Part shown: positions 12,801-23,900 of the stretch, piece after piece
How the letters are laid out: every line of letters begins with the position of its first letter
How positions within the stretch are numbered: the first letter of the stretch is position 1
Program-made: the position numbers and the translations under genes
Assembly (NCBI RefSeq): GCF_000150275.1
Contig: NW_002060944.1
Location: 1,722,911 to 1,786,910 of the forward strand
From: Trichoplax adhaerens
Taxonomy: Eukaryota; Animalia; Placozoa
Length of the DNA: 64,000 bases
Reading direction: 5' to 3'
Notes under the pieces: generated by a model
Seen by the model: only the letters and a program-made list of their open reading frames with translations
Database searches by the model: none
What the model was told of the DNA's origin: nothing

Positions 12801-14438
12801 TGCTTCTTCGATCAGTAGCCACCCTTGCATGAAGAAGCATTGGTCACCTTGCTTGGTGCAACATAAATTTTAAAGTAGTTTAATACTTCAATACTTACTA
12901 CGTCTGCATACAATTTCTACAGATATTGTTTCTTATATCAATTTTGTAGTGTATTTAGAATATACTGTAACTATATTCTACTCTTAAATATAGACATGTT
13001 GTATTGCTCTTATATTTAGATAGATCTACAGTCCGCTTACTCTACATTCATATATAGACTACTGTATTTAGTTATTACGGTACTCGCTGTTTTCTACAAT
13101 CATCTACTATTTTGTAACCTGTTATGGTATATGTTGTATCTAATTCCACAATCCTATTCTCTGCATGTGCTCTATCTTTAAAACTATAAATACCGGCGAT
13201 TTCTACCTCAGAGTTCATTAGCCTCTCAGTTAGTCTTCTAGTTAGTCTCTCACAGTCTAATACTTCTACTCGTTACTCACGACAGCTTGCACGCTGATCT
13301 ACCGTAACTACCTCACTGTACTTCACATTACTAACCTACAATAAAGCATAACTTTTTATAAACCCTTTGTTGTAATAATTGTAAATGGCGACTAAATCTC
13401 AATCCTCTGAGATATCGAACCCTCCATCACAAATTTTAATGAAAATCGTGGGAATATTTTATTGTTTTGTTTTCGTGGCACAGAAATAATTATACCGAAA
13501 AACTAAAAACTTCAGTTTAAACTTCAGCAGTAATTAATATCGGTTATGTGCGTAAGTGCCTAATTGTTTTTGATCTATTTCTATACTTCTTATTTGAAGA
13601 TCTTAAAACTATGAACAATTTAGAAGTACGAAAATGCAAATAACCATTACACGCATACATAGAAAACTAATTACGTGAAATATAAACATTAAGTATGAAC
13701 GTAAATAATTAGAGCTTATTATAGCTAGAATTGATCTTAAATTGGTAAATTACGCCGAAGAATGTAGCTGATATAGTGCAGTACTAGGCAAAGCGATTCC
13801 CAAATGTGAGTAGTAGAATACATACAAGCTTTTGCGCGTGATATTTCGCATACTTGTTAATTCGAGAACCCGCTACAGTAGCGCCCGTATTATTTAAAAT
13901 TTCACTTTCTGGGTGAGATTTTATGTGTTAACTAAATATCAGTAGATTCTATCCGAGTATGTAATCCTGAGTCAAATCAAAAATCACTAGCTTCTGTCAT
14001 TTTACCCACTACAACCAATGCATTATCCATTAATTTACTGCAATTTAGCTCCAAAACGTTAACCATGTTTTTAAAAGTCTATCGTTAAAAATAAAGATAG
14101 TCATTCAAGCACATACTGTAATGTGAGTGCTTCAAACTTAATTAAGAAGTAGATCTTTCGCTATAGCAACTTTACCGTCCAACTTTTCATGAGTTGCGAA
14201 ATTTTTTAGTTTTCCAATATAAATAGTTCGATGTATGAAGGCATTCTGTTGCAATCCAAAAGTATTATAACATTTAGAGAAAATTGTAAGCTAAATACAT
14301 ACGTATCCTTGTGCCTTTAAGTACTTAATTATTCTACATAACAACCTTATTAACGGTCTGAGTCCGCTCGTGTATAATATCCAAAAGCGAAATGGGTTCT
14401 GTATCCTGTTTCTGTTCAAAGTTTGAGATCTCAGACAT
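9812..14438 (-). CDS. TEX47: TEX47/DYBLUF-like BLUF-fold protein, paralog B, with the same exon structure as paralog A
   Basis: Exons: ~14346-14438 (MSEISNFEQKQDTEPISLLDIIHERTQTVNK), ~14176-14245 (NAFIHRTIYIGKL), ~11973-12074 (AITGMLLVYPQYCIHLVE), ~11780-11841, 11187-11229 (GYISVCRFIMASSN), ~10887-10988 (TYKRVFSQWSCHNI), 10513-10572 (VLECISSLLKIGRYLSKIPK), ~10331-10394, ~10114-10199, 9812-~9855 (DIVWPCPEKPLEAK*). Exon phases match paralog A. Confidence 0.82.
10989..11186 (-). other. U12-type (minor spliceosome) intron with AT...AA termini
   Basis: 5' end ATATCCTTT is the exact U12 consensus. Branch-like TTCTTAAC (10998-11005) lies 9 nt before the only nearby in-frame junction, ...CTAA|ACC. 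Confidence 0.8.
12945..13431 (+). mobile_element. Solo LTR (487 bp) in intron 2 of TEX47-like paralog B, antisense to the host gene
   Basis: Starts TGTAGTG and ends CATCACA. Flanked by a 5-bp direct repeat AATTT (12940-12944 and 13432-13436). Internal TATAAATA (13185) and AATAAA (13340) are in U3-R-U5 order. Confidence 0.8.
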
Positions 14439-17259
14439 TCCCGAAAATTTAATTATTTCTTTTCAATACAACGGTGAAATGATTTTTGAAAGGGACCATA
14501 AGAAATTTAAAGCTTTTATTTAGTTTGTTATGGTCGTTACGGAACTGTAGACTCAAAATGTACTTACAGTACATAGTATAGTAATTTCCCTCCAGGTGCA
14601 ATGGCGATACTTTAAATAACTAGTCAGAACAAATCCATTATAAATATTACAATGATATATTTTGTTAACTAAGCAGATTTATGTTGACTAGTAGTGATGA
14701 CAACCATCCTAACAATGGATACTAATTTAAAGATTTATCTTGATCTACTTGAAGGAGTTAATACTTGCTCTACTTTATATTGATCGGTACCCTTTCTTCC
14801 ATTATATTCGAAGCTGTAAACAATTAATAATAGTTTGGTCTATGGTAACGTGATACATAATAAGTGAATTGAGTGTTTACTAACAGTACCGTAGTAAAAC
14901 CTGTCTCCATTAAACTCAGTTTGATAATTAATAATATTAATGATAATCTTTACGACACCAGATCTGGAGTGATAATGTGATGTTATCACAGTCGGAGGTG
15001 GACGTTGGATGGACAATCATCCTGTTTAGCATCAATAAACAATAATAAACAACATATTGTACGTAAAGTACAGTACAGTAAAATATATGGTATATTACAC
15101 GGCCAAAACCCGATCCGGCTACAGTATTATGCCGGCTAAAGTCCGAATTAAGGGCAGAAACGGTTTGAATTTCGAGCTTCAGCCGACTATGCAAGTGCTT
15201 TAAGTATAATACTCATCATATTAAACTATTTCATTGCTCTAAGAAAGTGTTTAATTAATTACATTGTATGGTAAGAAAGGACTAAACGAAGTTTTTCTTC
15301 TTTCACTTTAGCAAATAATCTTTCTTAAAATATATGTACTGTACTCTTATTTCAGACTTTAGCCTAGTAACTATAATAAATTAATTATATACCATTTATT
15401 ATTTTGCAGATTACAGAATAATAGAGAGCAGTTTTGTACAGCAAAAACTTTTTACAATTATTATTGGACCCAATTGATAGAATAAATTTTAAAATTATAG
15501 GCCAAGTAACATTTCGGAATCGTGACAATGAATTCACATAACAGGGCAAGTGAGCCTTGAGGGATCACAATCTGACTGACGGCGAATATTTTATGGAGTA
15601 ATTTGTTACATGGTATCATAATTTGCGCATGACATTGAATAACTTTTAACAATTAAGATTGAATGACCGTTACCTTTCACTGATGTAATCAAATATATCC
15701 TGGAATAGAAAAATTCCAGCTGACACTATGCTGTACCACAGATTTATATCAGATATATCATCTTAATATCTATCATATAATTCACAATGTACGTACAGTT
15801 GACTGCAAGTTAATGAAATGTTAGCAATGACAGCTCATAACTACCAGATGGATTAGCACTAAACAGTGATCATATAGCACAGTATAATAGATTTAACATT
15901 ACTTTTCGAAATTTACGTCATGCTATGTGAACATTGAGGCAATTCTTCGGTATGTCGAAAGCATTTCTGTCTTGATCTAGCAATTGCTATTGACCATGGT
16001 TATTAATAAGAATTTGACATGGTTCAGCTATGGCGTTCAGCGTTAAATTTTTCGAATATATCATTTTCATCAGTTATAGTAAAAATTTGATATGAAAATT
16101 AAAGTAGTTGGCCTCTCGCCAATTATAGCTTCCAAATTCTTTTATATTAAGGAAAACTTCAAAGCGATATTCACCAAATTGTGTCTAAAATAGATGCTAC
16201 CCTATCAAAATAACAAAGATTTTATAAAGAAGTAAAAATGATTACATAAATATTTTTACAGATAGTTTAGTCTACTAGATGGAATGCACAAATATTTTCT
16301 TGATACGCATTCATCTAAGGAATTTGTCTCGTAGATGATCCTGTGATCTCGTATTGTTCTTTACCTACTGTCTGGCCTCACTTTAAGTTAAAATATTTAT
16401 ATACATACAATAACAGTTGAAGTTTACGACCCATAAGGATAAAATTGTGATTTAAACGTTTCGACCAATAGAATTTCCACCTAGTTTGATAAAATCAATC
16501 TTGACTTCATTACCTAATTGGATGAAGATTAACTAATTATTAACAGAGAAACTTAAAAAAACGGAGTCTACTCATTCATACTAAACGTTTACAAGTCAAT
16601 AACGAAAACAAGACGTTAGTGTTTATGCTAATTACTGAAGTTCTAGTTTTGTTTACTCTACGTATGGTACCAATTGGAACGCATTGTAATTGTTTTCGAT
16701 GATAGTAGATGTTTTTCTATCTACAATGTCTAAAAGTTAATTATAAGAACGGTACAAAGCTAAGCATCCACATTCTCTTATCTGAAATTAAACCTAATGT
16801 TAAGTTCTTTGACCATTTCTAGCTAGCTACTGCCCTAATATCTGGTGCTTTACTACAGCTATTTAGATCCATTTTAATTGCATTATAGGCACGTTCATAT
16901 ACTAGAATGTTTTAACGTGGGATTACAGTTACAGTAAAAGATAATTTTCAGTTTAAAAACTATAAAAACTAGCAAATTGCAATTACAGGGTCTTGCTAAA
17001 GATTTAAATAATCCAATCATTCATCCTAAGGGACTGTTACATTCTATAGTAGTTAGCCCTAAGAGAATTTACTAACTATTTCAATTTTGAAGAAAATTTA
17101 ACACTATCGCAATTCTATCTTCTCATACAGACTCTATAATGTGCATTAAATTACCAGTATGTAAGATAAACTTTTTACTTTCAGAAGGGCATAGCCACAA
17201 TGATATCAATTAATACTATCTAAACTTGGTCTATCTTTACCGCTATATTTGTTAGTATC

Positions 17260-17324
17260 TATAAATACAGGTCAATTCGATACAGCTTGCATTACAATCG
17301 ACGACTGCGAAAGTAACAGTAAGT
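17260..17324 (+). promoter_or_regulatory. Candidate TATA box and non-coding first exon of the SRCR-EGF-SEA gene
   Basis: TATAAATA at 17260-17267 and a GTAAGT donor at 17319. AG acceptors lie just before the ATG at 17959. Confidence 0.4.
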
Positions 17325-17958
17325 TAGTGATGAGCTAGAGTATAGATGAAAGTCTGCATGTGATTAATTACCTACCGGCTGTTATTTCCATAATCACATA
17401 ATCGCCTATTATAATTACCTAAATTTATCTAAATTTATTTACAATAGTGTATCTTCCTCAAAAATGGACATATGGCGCACCACATTACATTTACGCAAAC
17501 AGCTATCGTAAAATTTTATATATAATATTTAGCGCAGACTAAGTTGACATAGTTCTTTCCACCTGCATCCGATGCGTAGCGATCACGACGCCTTTTATTC
17601 AATTTTATCTCTGAAACACCAGTCATACGTACTTATCGTATTCATATTACATGGCAACAATCATTTAAAATTAATTAAATTGTGATCACCGGTTACATGA
17701 CTAGACTAGTGGTCATTTTTGATCACCGTATTAGTACCTAAACCAAAATTCAGATCTTAATTTAAAATACGTATTATATCAACATAATTCAATTTGAAAA
17801 TCTATCCCAGTGGGATATCGTCTCTGATCATACAATTATTTATTTGGACTGCTGTTGGCATTAAATAAAATTTAAATGATCAACGATTGTACATATCCGG
17901 TCAATTAAACTTCGTGGTCCTCTTTACCGACAAGACAGATGAGAATTACTGACCTAAC

Positions 17959-20900
17959 ATGAAAAAGATTTGGAACTACTTTCTAATTTCCACGGTAATC
18001 ATGGATTAGTATCTATCTAATCTTTAATAGTATAAAGCGTAAGTAACTGTTCGAAATTTAAAGTTAGAAAACTTAGTATTTATTATTTGATGATTTTGAA
18101 TATAACGCGAATATAAAAATGGATTTAAAGTCTTATGGCTTTTAAATTTTACCTACAAGTAAATATTCTGTTCTGTTGCAAATTCAGCATCTGGTACTTA
18201 ATTATCAGTGTTCGTAAATGAGATTAGTAAACAACACAGTATTAATTATGTATGTCAATACCTGGATTCTTAGTCAATTCGATACAGTATTTTTAAATCA
18301 GGTTGGCAGTTTTACCATTGGTAATAAATTCAAGGGATAAGATTTCAAAAATTCAACATATGATATTCAAATAGATTTTGAAACTCACTCTTAAAGTAGT
18401 TGAGTTACCACTGATAAAAAATATTAGAATTCAATAATTTAACTAAAACTTTCCATAGTTGATTACATTTGCAATAAAATAGAGGGTATTTGTGCAAGTA
18501 AAATACTTCAGTATCATCACTCATAATCGATATGTTTCCAGCTGATGATACTGCCTAAAACCGTGGCATTCAACTTTTATTAGTTCCTTTTCCATTTAAC
18601 AATAGGTATCATTATTGATCACAAGTATTGCTGCCATCCCAAAGAATGGTAAGAATTATTTACTGTAAAAGAATTTAATGACGTAGTTATAGTAAAACTC
18701 TTATCTTCAGATGATTGAAAGATTTAGCTATGTGTATGCATCACTAAAATAATATTTAAAAATTTTATAAGAAAATTCGTTACTACCACGCTTTGAAAAT
18801 AATATATAATTCTCAAACTAGTGGTACGATATAATTTATGACAGTCGTAGTATAAGTCTTATTTTTTGATATTTAATAGAACGCAGATACTTTATATTGC
18901 AGCTATAGCGTAATATACCGTAATGGTATTTACAAATTTTCTATACTAATTATAGATGATGGCTTCCATTTAACATCATCCAGTGCATCGGGTATCGTTC
19001 GATTGCGTGGAACTTCTTTTTCTAACCGTGGAAGGATAGAAGTATTTTACAATAACACATGGGGTACAGTATGTGACGATGAATGGGATATACATGATGC
19101 TATGGTAGCGTGTCGACAGTTAGGATTTGAAACTGCTAGGCGAGCTTTATGTTGTGCAGCATATGGCGAAGGTAGCGGAACTATATGGCTAGATAACGTT
19201 CGCTGCAATGGCAATGAAACCGATCTATTTGACTGTCAACATCAAGATTTTGGATATAGTGATTGCCATCATAGCCACGATGCCTCAGTTATTTGTGGAG
19301 GTAGGAATAAAGCATGCGATTAACATTATAACTGCCGGTATAGCTCACTGCTGCTGTACTTGATAAATTATACTGTACGTAAGTTACCGGTAGTTTACGA
19401 AGTCAGGCATTTTGCAAATTGCCGGTAACTTAACATTATAAGCTTACTAATTATGTAACCGTACTTTATTATTTCTACTTGAAGAAAGTAAAGAATGTGC
19501 ATCATTTCCGTGTAATCATGGAATATGCCTAGAAGGCTATCTTTCCTATAATTGTTCCTGCTCCTTAGGATGGACCGGAATAAACTGCAATGAAGGTATA
19601 GATTTAGTTTATATTTCACTGATACTTTTAGATTATAGCATTATTATCCCTCTTTAAGATTATGCCGCAATTATCATCAACGAAAGTATGCAGCGATGAA
19701 ATTCATGTAATTTTTCGTCCAAAAGTTATGTTTGCGACAGATCTTAAGTATTACAACGAATACCATATTTACCATACTTATCGATAGCAAGGCTGGAAGA
19801 CATAGTTTATGTTACCAGTAAATGATATCGGGAACGTTAAATGCCATATTTGAGGCAATTCGGATTAATGTAAAGAGCCGAGCCGTAGAATACTAAAATC
19901 TATACCGTTTACGGTAAAGATTTTGGTAGTTTATGCCTCAGCATATTGTTGCAGCACTAGTATTCTAGTATTTCTTTATTGTAAATATGGTAAATGATCT
20001 ATGAAAACCACACGAATGTGAAACAAGTCATATACATTTACTGACCTGAAGTTATAATTAATCAAACTCTAATAGTGTCTATACGAAGATGTAAATCTTA
20101 AAATCTAAAAAGCCGAAAAATTTAAATACATATAAGTGTAAATTCAGTAGCATGTTCTTAACGTTTCTTTCAATTTGTTAATCAAATCAGTAATTTCCTA
20201 TGAGATTAAAAATTAAAGCATATGAGTGACGTTATAATTGAGAAGTTAAATTTTTAAATTCCCATAAATTATATTAAAGGAATACGTACCGTTAGAAAAC
20301 TTGATAAACAAAAACGCATCGTGCTCAAGTCCTAATCCAAACAATCCGCTCCGCTATAGTTTTACCAATGTTCTAACTCTTTAGGCAATTGCCATTGCCG
20401 CTTAAAAGAAGAAAGTTATATTCAATTATGAAGAGAAATAAATAATAATCATTCTTTCTTGTGAAATTGAATGTCAGATCTGAGCATTAGCAAAACATAA
20501 TAATTTTCTCTTGTAAATATAGTTAAGTACCGCACCCATGGAATTACAATATATATGAATATATTTATTTGGGTTTCACCAATTTAGTACATAAAAAAAG
20601 TTGCAGTTAGATATTTTAGCTCTTAAAACCCAACAATCATAACACTTTGTAATGACAAAATTAATGAAAAAATAAACTTCTAAAACTGTGATGGATACGG
20701 AACGTTATCTTGTATAATTAATATTAATTATCACTTGCATCCTAGCAAATAGTCAATAACTTCTTGATGGTATAAGATGAACGTAGGTACACTGCTTTGT
20801 ACCTGCACATATTAACATATTCTCTGAATTTCTTATCACAGCATGATCACTATGTTTTAGGTATCTCTTAGATTTAAACATTTTAACCCTAAATTAACGT

Positions 20901-23900
20901 TTCTTAAAGTAGCACGTATTCTTGTTTTAACATTGTTTATCATTTTATGAGCTTTATATCATATTTTAATAGTAGCAAAGACCAATGCTATCACATATAT
21001 TAACATCGCTATAAGATTACGGATTTCGCTTGTTAGAAAACTCAACGATAAGATTTCGTTTTAGTATAATAGAATCTTCATTCTGCAAACAATAGGAATT
21101 TGTGCCTCTAGTCCTTGCAATAATGGCAATTGTACTCCTAATTCCACGAACACTTTTTACTGTAAATGCAATGATGGCTGGTACGGAGATGCTTGTGAAA
21201 TCGGTAAATTCTTGAGTGCCTGTAAAAGTTTAATTTTTATTACGAGGCTTAACACAACTACTACAGTAGCTGTTTAAGCGTTCTAATAAGAAATAGATAA
21301 TTTGATTTAAGCAGCATTTTTACCGATTTTATAGTAATAGTTAATGGATAGTTTACCAGCTCGGTCATTATATGTAAATGATTGACGTAACATCCTAGTA
21401 AATAAGGAATAAGTGCTTCGTGTTTGCTGTTTCTCTGTTACATCGAAAATTTAAGAAAAAAATCCGTGCAGCTCACAGCCATGCCCAAGAAATGCGACTT
21501 GCTACAAGCAAAGTACTTCTCACTATGTATGTCTATGCCCAAATGGCTACTTTGGAAGACAATGCGAACAGGGTTGTTGATACACTATATTTAAAATTAA
21601 TACTGTTTCAAACTTTTATCTAATCTGTGCTGTGCCATTCGCTAAGTACAAATGAAATTACTTTGATAAGTAGTAATAAGTATCAGACAGTGGTAAGGAT
21701 TTTTCTTGAAGAATACAAATTTTAACTTGAACGCTCTTTAATTATCTCCCTAAAGGAATTATTAAAGATGGATCTTTAAGAATGGCATCGCCTCAAAGTC
21801 AGTCTGCTTGTAATATCTTACAAGTTTATTATAATGGCACTTTTGGAGTTATATCTGGGAATATCCATTTTTCTGGGTGGAATCATAATAACGGAAAAGT
21901 AGCCTGCATACAACTTGGATATAAAACTGTACAAGATTCCTGTCGAAAAAGGATAGAGAATCGAACTGTGTTTGAATGGATTAATAATTTAAAATGCAAC
22001 GGGAATGAAAAGGCAATTCTTCATTGCTCTACGTTACAAATTACTGGAAGGATATCAACTGAATCCAAATATTATGCTGGTGTCATTTGCTCAAGTACAG
22101 TTCGTAGACACATATTATATTTTTATTTATGAAAATGTTTAATGCATTAAAAGTCTACTGAAAGCTTGCCTATAGCCTAATACCGTTCTCTAAGAATGCT
22201 AAATATATGCATACGAGTACATTATATTTTCATGCCTCGTGATCAATATGAGATAGAACTATTTAAAATGCATGAATTATTCATACAAAGATGTCACTAA
22301 TTTATTTTATTTCTGAATAGATGGTTGCGGTTATAATACTCAGAATAACCCGTGTCGAAATGGTAAATGTATACCTGTCGGAAAGTCTGATTTTTACTGC
22401 AAATGTTTCCATGGTTGGTCTGGTGAGAACTGCGACTATGGTAAGGTACTATATAAGTATATTTATATGTATATATGTAACCTCTTCTTTGTTTAACACT
22501 TGTCAATTAAAATATGATTGAAAATTCGTTGAGCTGTCAAAATTTCTTAGATGTCAAGACCTAAAATGCACTATAGTTTTTACATTAGTCGAATGTTTAT
22601 GATTTCATGTTACCTTATTTCATTATTAGCAAAGGAAGAGACAAAGTTATTTAATCAAATGACGATAAATAGTTGAAATCTTGCTCTTACTTCATTGCAT
22701 AAATACATAATCTGCCTTACAATATCATTCTTAGCGTTGTGAACGTTGTTTAATTAATATCGTTATCTTTTCATTCAGTGCAAACGGAAGTTATATAGAT
22801 TATTTAAATATGCATTGGAAAAGTAAGAGACTGCAAAATTAATTTATATAATAATAGTGTTTTAGTAGTCCAGGACACAGATTACAGCTAATTGGGATCT
22901 TTGCATAATGCGAGAATATATTTCGTCGCGTCACAAATTATAAAATTCTAGCTTGCTGCCACATTCTTGCTAATATAAAGTACAGATTTTTATTAAATAT
23001 TCTCGTGTACTGGCTGAAATATTGCACGTGCTTTAAAGCTGCTATTGAAATCAAATTCATTAGATTTTTAGATTTACATGCAAATGAACTAAATAATAAG
23101 ACTTTAATGTTGCGGATACGTATCTATTATTAAGTGCCTTAATGAGTATAGTGATGAAACGTTAGTTGATCTTGCTAGAATCCAAGTTATTTAAAGCAAA
23201 GCTGAAGCAAAGCAACCTGGTTATATTAATTACAACAAGCAAACATTGTAAACTTTTCAGTTTCCATAACTTATTTTATACCAAGTCGCTAATAAATAGT
23301 AATTGCTTCACTAGACATTGACGAGTGTGTTTCGTCTCCCTGTACCGAAAATTCAACGTGCGTCGATGCTGTTGGCTTGTACTATTGCAAGTGTCCAGAA
23401 GGATACTACGGAGAATCGTGTGAAAAAGGTTATTACAGGAGGGTGATAATTAAATTATTGATTGTATCAACAGTGACTATCAATATTAGATTGTTAACGG
23501 TTACTAGCATATCAATCGCGCTGATTTCGTATCGTAATAACAACTTGTTTACTATTAACTACATGTTTTCTCATTTTACTTCGGTAATAATTTACATTTA
23601 AGTATTAAATACATGTGTAAAGCACATTGCTGTACCGTGCAACATATTTATGTTCTGTTTTATTCGTAGGTGGCACTGTGCTGGAATCTGATGTTCGGTT
23701 ACACACCGATACTTCTGGTTGTTCGATCATTTATATTTACCATAATGGCTTCTGGGGCATCATGGGGATGTCGTCATCTTGGTTTAGTTATACGGAAAGG
23801 ATTACATGCCTTCAGCTAGGCTATCATGGTGGCTCTAAATCATGTACTTATAAGGCGTCAAATAAATCGGAAATTGGGATGCAATGGTTAGACGATGTAA

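Noticed and set aside
12369-12840. Exon-like open segments considered as the 5' end of paralog B
   Set aside because: No similarity to paralog A. Clearly homologous exons 1-2 lie at 14176-14438 and join exon 3 in phase.
23151-23205. Intronic GTGATGA...CTGA as a C/D snoRNA
   Set aside because: Only about 55 nt, with no terminal stem and no recognisable rRNA guide.
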